From the NCBI GenBank assembly GCA_036004125.1, contig DASYRR010000170.1, positions 15,611 through 79,610 of the forward strand: DNA of 64,000 nt. Direction: 5' to 3'. Every line of letters begins with the position of its first letter. Within the stretch, counting starts at the first letter, position 1. Position numbers and translations under genes: made by a program. Below, piece after piece: positions 8,420-15,323 of the stretch. Source of the DNA: Pyrinomonadaceae bacterium. GTDB taxonomy: Bacteria > Acidobacteriota > Blastocatellia > Pyrinomonadales > Pyrinomonadaceae. The notes under the pieces are model-generated. The model was given only the letters and a program-made list of their open reading frames with translations, was not told the DNA's origin and did not search any database.

Positions 8420-8453
8420 GGACATCGAAGGGTGTCATCCTCAGGAGGGTAGA

Positions 8454-9737
8454 ATGCTTCGTCGCGCCTTTTTGCGACTCGCAGGCTGCGTCGGTTTGGG
8501 CGTAGGCAGCACAGGGGCGGTAGTGCCGCCGCCTTCACGCAGCCCCGAAAGCGCGACCCGAGCTCGCACTCCGCCTGACCCGCAGCGCGCACAGCCCACC
8601 GCGCCGAGCGCGCCGACATTGAAGCAGAGCGCGCAGGGCTTGAAGCAGGTTTCCTGGTTCGATTGTCCCGGTGGGGGACAGGTCTCGGTCGATGGCACTA
8701 TCGCCTACATCGGGCACATGAACGCGCCGCACGGAACGAGCATCGTGGACGTCAGCGATCCGGCCCGGCCACGACTGCTTGCATCGCTCGAGGTGTCTGG
8801 GCAGATCCATTCCCACAAGGTGCGCGTCGCCAACGGCCTGATGCTTGTGAACCACGAGGCGCAGCCTGCCGACCAACCGCCGAGGGGCGCGCGCGGGGGG
8901 CTAGCGATCTATGACGTATCCCAACCGGGCCGGCCACGCTCGATAGGCTTTTGGCAGTGCGGCGGCGCGGGTGTGCATCGGTTCACCTTCGACGGGCGCT
9001 ATGCCTACATCTCTCCTGAGATGGATGGCTACATCGGCAACATCGTGATGATCCTCGACCTTCAGGACCCAAGCCACCCGAAGGAGATTGGACGCTGGTG
9101 GATGCCCGGGCAGAAGGAAAACGAGAGACGGCAGCGGCGGTGGACCGGGCGCCAGTACCGCTGCCATCATCCCATCCGTCTGGGCAATCGCTTGTACGTG
9201 AGCTACTGGCACGGGGGTTTCGTCATCCTCGACATCGAAGACATGACGCGCCCCCGATTCATCTCGGGCCTCGACTGGAGCCCGCCCTACGCTTCGCCGA
9301 CGCATACCGTTCTGCCCTTGCCGTTTCCGCTGCGCGGACGGCGCTTCATGCTTGCGGCGGATGAAGACGTGCAGAAGACCTCGCGTGCAGCGCCGGCATT
9401 CCTGTGGTTGGTCGACATCACAGAAGAGCGGCATCCAGTTCCGATATCCACATTCCAGGTGCCAGGCGTGACCGGAGAGCCGCAGCCCGAGTTCACCGGC
9501 TGCCATCAACCTTGCGAGCGGATCACCGGCCCCGAGATCCCTGTGGCTTGGTTCACGTACGGCCTCCGCATCGTCGACGTTGCCAATCCCCACGCCCCGC
9601 GCGAGATCGCCCATTTCGTGCCGGAGCCACCGACTGGTCAAGCTCGCGTGTTGAGCAACGACGTGGATGTTGACAATCGTGGCCTTATCTACGTGATTGA
9701 CCGGGACCGAGGACTGCACATCTTGGAGCGAGCCTAA
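8454..9737 (+). CDS. LVIVD-repeat beta-propeller protein with twin-arginine-type signal (cassette)
   Basis: MLRRAFLRLAG leader. Six repeats of the hydrophobic-D-x-s-x-P-x-x-P type: SIVDVSDPARP, LAIYDVSQPGRP, MILDLQDPSHP, VILDIEDMTRP, LWLVDITEERHP, LRIVDVANPHAP. GGAGGG RBS. Visibly GC-rich. Confidence 0.7.
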   Translation: MLRRAFLRLAGCVGLGVGSTGAVVPPPSRSPESATRARTPPDPQRAQPTAPSAPTLKQSAQGLKQVSWFDCPGGGQVSVDGTIAYIGHMNAPHGTSIVDVSDPARPRLLASLEVSGQIHSHKVRVANGLMLVNHEAQPADQPPRGARGGLAIYDVSQPGRPRSIGFWQCGGAGVHRFTFDGRYAYISPEMDGYIGNIVMILDLQDPSHPKEIGRWWMPGQKENERRQRRWTGRQYRCHHPIRLGNRLYVSYWHGGFVILDIEDMTRPRFISGLDWSPPYASPTHTVLPLPFPLRGRRFMLAADEDVQKTSRAAPAFLWLVDITEERHPVPISTFQVPGVTGEPQPEFTGCHQPCERITGPEIPVAWFTYGLRIVDVANPHAPREIAHFVPEPPTGQARVLSNDVDVDNRGLIYVIDRDRGLHILERA

Positions 9738-9890
9738 GCTCGGTGGCTCCCTCGTGCTGACGACCATCGCGCCAACCGGTGGACGGTTCGGTTGTACAGA
9801 TGTACTACAATCCACAAGATGATATCGTCTATCGTGCAGATGACGCGGTAGAAGCTACGCGGAGTGATTTGAGTTCAATCTGACCGTGCC

Positions 9891-9976
9891 GCCGAACAAG
9901 CGCTTTGTGCGGACTCGCCATGAGCGGGCTTCTTTGTTAAGTTGCATGGGCGAGCCGCTCAAGCGCAGCGTTATAT
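9891..9976 (+). repeat. attC-like site, main family
   Basis: GCCGAAC-AAGCGCTTTGTGCGGACTCGCC...GGCGAGCCGCTCAAGCGCAGC-GTTATAT. Confidence 0.7.
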
Positions 9977-10020
9977 GGAGCGGCTTCCCGAGTAATGCGA
10001 AAAAACCTATCATCCTCACC

Positions 10021-10224
10021 GTGAAAGTTAAGGAAGTCATCAAACTCCTCGAACAACATGGATGGTATCTAGCGAGAACGAAGGGCAGTCATCGCCAGTT
10101 CAAGCATCCCGTGAAGGCTGGGGCTGTTACCGTTGCGGGTAAGGAAAGGCTTGACGTACCACGTGGCACCTTGAATAGTATTCTGAAGCAAGCTGGCTTG
10201 AAGGATCGAGAGGACCAAGAATGA
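10021..10224 (+). CDS. hicA: HicA-family toxin (mRNA interferase)
   Basis: (V/M)KVKEVIKLLEQHGWYLARTKGSHRQFKHP... GTG is the first start after the cassette boundary. Overlaps hicB by ATGA. Confidence 0.8.
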   Translation: MKVKEVIKLLEQHGWYLARTKGSHRQFKHPVKAGAVTVAGKERLDVPRGTLNSILKQAGLKDREDQE

Positions 10225-10436
10225 GATACGCAGTTATTGTCGAAGAAGGTGAAAGCAGTTTTGGCGCACATGTGCCAGATTTGCCTGGATGCGTTGCAGT
10301 TGCAGATTCAAAATCAGAAGTGTTGAAGCTAATTCAGGAAGCCATCGAATTTCATTTGGAGGGATTGCGGCAAGATGGCCAACCTATTCCTCCAGCGTCT
10401 TCAAGCATCGAGTATGTAGACGTACGCGCCGCATAA
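10221..10436 (+). CDS. hicB: HicB-family antitoxin
   Basis: MRYAVIVEEGESSFGAHVPDLPGCVAVADSKSEVLKLIQEAIEFHLEGL is the typical HicB N-domain. Confidence 0.8.
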   Translation: MRYAVIVEEGESSFGAHVPDLPGCVAVADSKSEVLKLIQEAIEFHLEGLRQDGQPIPPASSSIEYVDVRAA

Positions 10437-10518
10437 AATGAGCGCTTGGAGCGGACTCGCCATGAGCGGGCTTCTTTGTTAAGTTGCGTGCGCGAGCCGC
10501 TGAAGCGCAGCGTTATGC
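10434..10518 (+). repeat. attC-like site, main family (degenerate R'')
   Basis: AAAATGAGCGCTTGGAGCGGACTCGCC...GCGAGCCGCTGAAGCGCAGC-GTTATGC. Confidence 0.65.
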
Positions 10519-10550
10519 GGCTAATCTAGATCTCTAGTAAGCTCCTCACA

Positions 10551-10793
10551 ATGGACTTTGAAATCGTCAGCGAGATAACGGCAATTGAAACGATTGCTAG
10601 TGGCAAAGGAGTTCGCCACCGCAATCGTCTTCGAAAACTCTATGGTGGCAGCCGTTGGCGAAAGTTGAAGGGAGTTGCTCAAGTACGGCTCTTGAATGGT
10701 AGGATACGAAGGGCCGAGATTCATTGGTATGAAGCACACGGAGTTGGCAGGCGAGAATTCAAATTAAAGTTACCGTTCTTAGATAAGCGATGA
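10551..10793 (+). CDS. basic 80-aa hypothetical protein (first gene of a two-gene cassette)
   Basis: Arg/Lys-rich (RHRNRLRKLYGGSRWRKLKG...IHWYEAHGVGRREFKLK). Its stop overlaps the next start (ATGA). Confidence 0.55.
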   Translation: MDFEIVSEITAIETIASGKGVRHRNRLRKLYGGSRWRKLKGVAQVRLLNGRIRRAEIHWYEAHGVGRREFKLKLPFLDKR

Positions 10794-11026
10794 AAAAGAG
10801 GGAACCAGTTCATTTTGCAGTCTGTCTGGATAATGAAGGCTATCGAGCCTCATTAGAGGTTGGAAAGCTTTACCGTTTCGTCCCGGATGACGAGGCTGAA
10901 GCCGAAGGTTTGCTTCGAGTTGTTGACGAGAGCGGTGAAGATTATGCTTTTGAAGCAAAACGTTTCCATGAAATCACGGTCCCGCCTGTGGTAGAGAAGG
11001 CGCTCTTAGAGGCAAATCGTTCTTAA
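10790..11026 (+). CDS. acidic 78-aa hypothetical protein (second gene of a two-gene cassette)
   Basis: Acidic (VPDDEAEAEGLLRVVDESGEDYAFEAKRFHEI). Translationally coupled to 10551..10793. Confidence 0.55.
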   Translation: MKKREPVHFAVCLDNEGYRASLEVGKLYRFVPDDEAEAEGLLRVVDESGEDYAFEAKRFHEITVPPVVEKALLEANRS

Positions 11027-11035
11027 TCGGCCGCC

Positions 11036-11095
11036 GCCGAACGAATTAAAGGTTGTCGCGCGAGTCTGCGAGCCGCACAAAATCCGGGGTTGAAC
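11036..11095 (+). repeat. degenerate attC-like site related to 2481..2566
   Basis: GCCGAAC-GAATTAAAGGTTGTCGCGCG...GCCGCACAAAATCCGGG-GTTGAAC aligns with GCCCAAC...GAATTAGTGTGGCGCGC...GCCGCCACACAATTCTGT-GTTGAAC. Confidence 0.4.
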
Positions 11096-11605
11096 TAAAG
11101 CCGCCGGTGAGTAGCGCGGCTGTTTGGTAAAAGAAGAGGAGTTTTGCGATTAGCTGAGAAGAAAGTTCGGCAGATGGCAGCACGTTTTGGCGCGGTGAGT
11201 GAGTTAGTTGGACCAGAATAGCAATTCTTGTTAGCGGCCGGCGGAGTTCGATTTCCTCACAAAAGCGAATAGCAGACAGAGAAGTAACGAGCGACGACGT
11301 TAAGCAGGCGAGCGCGGGCGGAGCTGTGTCAGGCTGAGTACGCAGTACGGAGGTCAGCGTCATGGCGGACCTTTCTTTGAAGCGGTCGTTGCCGTGGTGG
11401 TTGAGGCGGTCGTTGGCGCGGCAAGACGGTGAGTACTCGCAGTTGGCCCAACTGACAAAAGGACCTGCCGCGCGCAGTGCTCACACTGTTTCAAATGGCC
11501 GCCAAAGTAAGCGGTGCGACACGCCGCAATATCCTGCAGGGCCCGTAACTGACTGGGCAACAGGCGGTGCGTGGCACGATAGACCGCACTATGGAGGCTG
11601 TTCCA
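11096..11605 (-). pseudogene. decayed IS91-family transposase fragment (N-terminal about 40 percent, several frameshifts)
   Basis: SLHSAVYRATHRLLPSQLRALQDIAACRTAYFGGHLKQCEHCARQ matches FGLHGPAYRAKFNDRMLPSHLRTMQDIETCRTATRGGQLYYCAHCDEQ in the full copy. In another frame, VLPSAELSSQLIAKLLFFYQTAALL matches TLPAELRALARSQQKTIYNLLFRASAAALL. Confidence 0.6.
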
Positions 11606-11606
11606 T

Positions 11607-11760
11607 CTGGTTAAAAGGGCCTTCAGTCAATTACCACCAGTCACGGCTTTTACGATTAGTTACTAATTTTCAACAGGTTGCAGCCGCTTCGGATTACAAC
11701 TGTTATCAACCATTTGCGTCCTAGTTCCGGGTAATCACGTCACAAATTTGCCACAACAAA
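11607..11760 (+). repeat. copy A of the tRNA-Lys att core (CTGGTTAAAAG) plus about 145-bp element arm
   Basis: Aligns with 33541..33692, roughly three quarters identical by eye. Shared blocks are CCAGTCACGGCT, CAGGTTGCAGCCGCTTCGGA and CACAAATTTG. Confidence 0.7.
11739..11757 (+). promoter_or_regulatory. GTCACAAATTTGCCACAAC motif copy 1 (possible arm-type recombinase or Xis site)
   Basis: One of four same-strand copies of GCCACAA-ATTT-GCCACAA. Confidence 0.4.
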
Positions 11761-11832
11761 ACTGCGCCGTCCTTTGACGCGACGCTGATGTGTGTTCATC
11801 ACCCTACGCGAGAAAGTAGCGGTGACGAAAGG

Positions 11833-12012
11833 CTATCGTCGTAAGACAAATAGAAGAACGATCGCGGCCGCCACGATCACTGCGAGTATGAATCCGCCCA
11901 GGACGACCTTGTCAATCATTCGCTCCCCATCGAGATTCAGCGCGCAGGTGGTGCAGCCGCGCGAATTCGGATCGATTATATTGCCGCAGTCGCGGCAAGG
12001 GATAAGGTTCAT
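11833..12012 (-). CDS. small zinc-ribbon protein with C-terminal TM helix
   Basis: MNLIPCRDCGNIIDPNSRGCTTCA... then GGFILAVIVAAAIVLLFVL. GAGG lies upstream of the internal ATG. Confidence 0.5.
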   Translation of the reverse strand: MNLIPCRDCGNIIDPNSRGCTTCALNLDGERMIDKVVLGGFILAVIVAAAIVLLFVLRR

Positions 12013-12122
12013 AAGGTCAACCTCAATGCTGGTCCCTCGGAACATTACTCAAGATCAAAACCTATGCAATAATAAATCGAAGCCGTTCCATTGTCGCCTA
12101 ATTCTGAGATCTTTACTTTTGC

Positions 12123-12737
12123 ATGAGCGAACCCCAGCGAACCCCCGTGAGTCAATCCCCGAACTTTAGCGCGTGGGTGGACTTGCATGGAGATTACCTT
12201 TACAAGTACGCAATATTTCGTTTGCGTGACGGCTCAGCGGCCGAAGACTGCGTGCAGGAGACTTTCCTGGCTGCATTGAAGGCTTATCGCGGGTTCGAAG
12301 GCCGAGGATCCGAGCGCACCTGGCTGGTGGGGATTCTTAAACACAAGGTCACGGATCATTTCCGTCGAGTCACCCGCGAAGCGCCGATTGGGGAGACTGA
12401 GGGCGAAGAGTTCGAGCATAATGAATTCTTTGCCAGAACCGATGAGTGGAACAATCATTGGAGCAACGCCTATGCGCCAACTGATTGGCATGCGACCCCG
12501 GCGGAATTGATCGAGCGTAGTGATTTTTGGAAAGTGTTGAACGATTGCCTTTCTCCCCTGCCCGAGCGTACGGCCAGCGCTTTTACTCTTCGTGAAGTTG
12601 ATGGCCTAACTAGTGAACAGATTTGCGAGGCTTTGAACATCACGGTGAACAACCTTTGGGTGATGCTCCATCGGGCTCGACTCCACTTGCGCAACTGTCT
12701 CGAGATTAACTGGTTCACCAAAGAAACAACGGACTGA
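12123..12737 (+). CDS. ECF-type sigma-70 family RNA polymerase sigma factor
   Basis: Region 2 (YLYKYAIFRLRDGSAAEDCVQETFLAAL) and region 4 (LPERTASAFTLREVDGLTSEQICEALNITVNNLWVMLHRARLHLR). Confidence 0.85.
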   Translation: MSEPQRTPVSQSPNFSAWVDLHGDYLYKYAIFRLRDGSAAEDCVQETFLAALKAYRGFEGRGSERTWLVGILKHKVTDHFRRVTREAPIGETEGEEFEHNEFFARTDEWNNHWSNAYAPTDWHATPAELIERSDFWKVLNDCLSPLPERTASAFTLREVDGLTSEQICEALNITVNNLWVMLHRARLHLRNCLEINWFTKETTD

Positions 12738-12739
12738 GA

Positions 12740-13060
12740 ATGGCGTTAAAAGCCTACGACAAACTCAAACATGCGATTAGATGGTGGTTGCTCCGTCGTC
12801 TGCCCACTTGCAAGCAGACAGTGAAGGTCATTTCGGAATCTATGGAGCGAAGACTCTCAGTTTGGGAGCGCATCACCGTTAAACTTCATCTTTGGATCTG
12901 TCTCTGGTGCGTTTGGTATCTCGAGCACTTGCAGCTAATGAGGGAGACGATTCGTACCAAGGCTGCTCAAGAACCAAACCTTGAGTCCTCATCTCTTTCC
13001 CCGCTTTCACCTGAAGCGCGTGAGCGCATCAAATTGAGCCTCACCCAACCCAACGACTAA
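12740..13060 (+). CDS. zinc anti-sigma (ZAS, zf-HC2-like) protein 1, no TM segment
   Basis: Starts 2 nt after the sigma stop. Has an upstream C (PTCKQ) plus HLWICLWC (H-x3-C-x2-C). Confidence 0.7.
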   Translation: MALKAYDKLKHAIRWWLLRRLPTCKQTVKVISESMERRLSVWERITVKLHLWICLWCVWYLEHLQLMRETIRTKAAQEPNLESSSLSPLSPEARERIKLSLTQPND

Positions 13061-13149
13061 AAAACCGCCCACTCTTCGTAAGGTTTTCCTCATTCGTCCG
13101 ACAAACTCCCTGCTAGGGCAGAGTTCGCCTTGAGTTGGGTTGTTCGGAC

Positions 13150-14610
13150 ATGGATAAGAAACCTTCAAACGCAAACGCACACGATCACTCGCACGGCGTG
13201 AATCGGTTTGCGGTCATTCCGACCGCAGATCGGCTCAACGCCGATCCCAGGTTTACGGGTCGAGGCGTCACTATCGCCTTCCTTGATTCTGGATTCCAGC
13301 GGCACCCCGATCTGGTCGAACCTAACAACCGCGTCGTGGCTTTTCACGACATCAACGGTGAAGAGACAGAAACTGATCGTGAGCGACTGGTTCAGCCATG
13401 GCATTGGCATGGCACCCAAACTACGGTAGCTGCGGCAGGTAATGGTCACCTCTGCGATGGGAAATACCGTGGCCTTGCTTCGGACGCGCGACTCGTGCTG
13501 GTGAAAGTCAGTAAAACCGGACGGATCAGTGAAGAGAACATCGCGCGCGGACTCCGCTGGGTTATCAAAAACCGCGAACGTTTCAACATTCGCATACTGA
13601 ACATTTCGCTCGGCGGTGACGAGGACGTTTCCTGTTCCCAAAGCACAATCGATCAACTTGCGGAAGAAGCCATTCGGCAAGGTATCGTCGTTGTTGTCGC
13701 GGCAGGAAATACAACTGATCACGCTCCAATTCCCCCGGCGAACTCACCATCTGTAATCACGGTGGGTGGTTATGACGACGGCAATAACCCAGGACAAAAC
13801 GATCTCGGCCTCTATCACTCGAGTTTTGGGGTGACTGCAGGCGGCACGGTCAAGCCCGAATTAATTGCGCCGGCAATGTGGATAGCGGCGCCCATTCTTC
13901 CCAACACCTCAGTGTACGAACGGGCTGAAGCCTTATCGAAGTTAGCGGCCGCGCCGGACTACCAATTGCGAAGTCTTGCACGTGAACTTGAAGAAACGGC
14001 TGAACTCCCTGAACCGATAGCAGTCGGAGATGTCACAGCAATCCGCAATTTTGTCGAATCGACTTTGGAAAGGGAGAAGATCGTTGCAACCCACTATCAA
14101 CACGTCGATGGCACATCTTTCGCGGCGCCGATTATCAGTTCGATTGTGGCTCAGATGCTTGAAGCGAACCCTAAATTAACGCCGGGCGCCGTTAAGAACA
14201 TCTTGATTTCAACAGCAGACCGCATAACAACAGCGCCAGCTATCCGTCAGGGGTTTGGCGTGGTAAATGCCCGTCGCGCAGTTGAATTGGCCCTACGCGA
14301 AGAGCACGAACTTAAGACTGTCGGTTGCAGTCCGCCGCGAGTTGAGAATGGCCGACTTGTTTTTCTTTTTCACGACGACGCGGCGAATAGCGTTTCGCTG
14401 GTTGGCGACTTCAACAGTTGGAACACGGCGTTAACGCCGCTTCGCAAGGACGAATCTGGACTGTGGTTAGCGGAAGTTGAAGCGCCTAAGGCAGGAAATT
14501 ATCAATACAAATTTATCGTGGATGGTAGCCGGTGGCTTGAAGATCCGAGTAACGGAATGAAAGTGCCCGACAACTATGGAGGACTGAACTCAGTCCTTAC
14601 GATTGATTGA
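13150..14610 (+). CDS. cytoplasmic S8 subtilisin-family serine peptidase with C-terminal CBM48/E-set-like domain
   Basis: Catalytic triad: D (AFLDSGF), H (HWHGTQT), S (DGTSFAAP). No signal peptide. C-terminus is VSLVGDFNSWN...GNYQYKFIVDGSRWLEDP. Confidence 0.8.
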   Translation: MDKKPSNANAHDHSHGVNRFAVIPTADRLNADPRFTGRGVTIAFLDSGFQRHPDLVEPNNRVVAFHDINGEETETDRERLVQPWHWHGTQTTVAAAGNGHLCDGKYRGLASDARLVLVKVSKTGRISEENIARGLRWVIKNRERFNIRILNISLGGDEDVSCSQSTIDQLAEEAIRQGIVVVVAAGNTTDHAPIPPANSPSVITVGGYDDGNNPGQNDLGLYHSSFGVTAGGTVKPELIAPAMWIAAPILPNTSVYERAEALSKLAAAPDYQLRSLARELEETAELPEPIAVGDVTAIRNFVESTLEREKIVATHYQHVDGTSFAAPIISSIVAQMLEANPKLTPGAVKNILISTADRITTAPAIRQGFGVVNARRAVELALREEHELKTVGCSPPRVENGRLVFLFHDDAANSVSLVGDFNSWNTALTPLRKDESGLWLAEVEAPKAGNYQYKFIVDGSRWLEDPSNGMKVPDNYGGLNSVLTID

Positions 14611-14920
14611 AGAGGCACATTTGGAAATCTATACGATCACGAGAAAAGCGGCCAGACGATGGCTCTTGCGCACGCTGCAACCCTGCCAGGTAATTGTTCC
14701 GGTCATGTCCGAATCACTCGAACGGCGGCTCGGTGTAGTTGAACGGACAAAACTGCGGTTACACCTGCTGGTGTGCGCGTGGTGTGCGCGATACCTCAAA
14801 CAGATCAAGTTGCTTAGACAAGCTATTAGCCAACGTGAGTTCACCAGCGCAGACGATAACGCCAGCCCTCTCAAACTCAGTGACGAAGCTCGTCAACGCA
14901 TTTTCCGAATCACTTCGTAA
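14603..14920 (+). CDS. zinc anti-sigma (ZAS-like) protein 2, paralogue of 12740..13060
   Basis: The TTG start overlaps the peptidase stop (TTGATTGA). RRWLLRTLQPCQ...ERRLGVVERTKLRLHLLVCAWCARYL compares with RWWLLRRLPTCK...ERRLSVWERITVKLHLWICLWCVWYL. Confidence 0.65.
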   Translation: MIEEAHLEIYTITRKAARRWLLRTLQPCQVIVPVMSESLERRLGVVERTKLRLHLLVCAWCARYLKQIKLLRQAISQREFTSADDNASPLKLSDEARQRIFRITS

Positions 14921-15323
14921 GTCCATGTAAGGAATCGCGGTTCGCCCCGACTAATGGTTGAACGAGGAAGTTAGTTGAAGCGAGAACAAAAACAATGCGA
15001 CGAAGGTTAAGAATTAAGAAGAGGCTCCAGCGCAGGCGATTACGAATGCTGCGGACCAACGCGAAACAATGGCCAGTCTCAAGCGAGTTCGGTGGAAACG
15101 CCTTCGAGCAAATGAGCGCAAGTCCTGCCGACTTATTTTAAGCAGACGGCGCATCATCGCATCAACAGTTAGCGAGGTTCGCGCGAGTCGCGCGATAAGG
15201 GAAATGGAACTAACAAGTTCTGACAGTATCAGTGTGTTCGATAGTCTGCGCCGGCGAATGATGATGCCGGAACCGTGGACTTTTACGGAACCACTCAAAG
15301 TTTCTAATCGGTGGGGTCAGCAA

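Noticed and set aside
8901-9815. Large antisense ORFs: 8901..9815, 3769..4581, 20406..21404, 24817..25422, 28051..28641, 45833..46399, 55853..56374, 1378..1935 and the many ORFs inside the Rhs gene.
   Set aside because: Each lies opposite a gene with clear family motifs. Their products are Arg/Ala/Pro-rich with low complexity, typical of GC-rich antisense frames. None has an RBS or a recognisable domain.
4881-10518. Regularly spaced repeats that might suggest a CRISPR array.
   Set aside because: The repeats are about 85-bp imperfect palindromes with variable centres. They are separated by 0.5-1.6 kb segments that each contain a complete ORF. There are no short constant direct repeats, no uniform 30-40 bp spacers and no cas genes.
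11046-11363. 105-aa ORF treated as an independent gene.
   Set aside because: Its sequence (VLPSAELSSQLIAKLLFFYQTAALL) aligns with the middle of the IS91 transposase. It is one frame of a multiply frameshifted transposase remnant.
15269-15312. Duplicated GGAACC boxes upstream of the aquaporin gene, considered as an ECF-type -35 element.
   Set aside because: The implied start site would lie only a few nt before the ATG. No convincing CGT-type -10 box lies at the right spacing. I could not find the same pattern upstream of the sigma gene itself.
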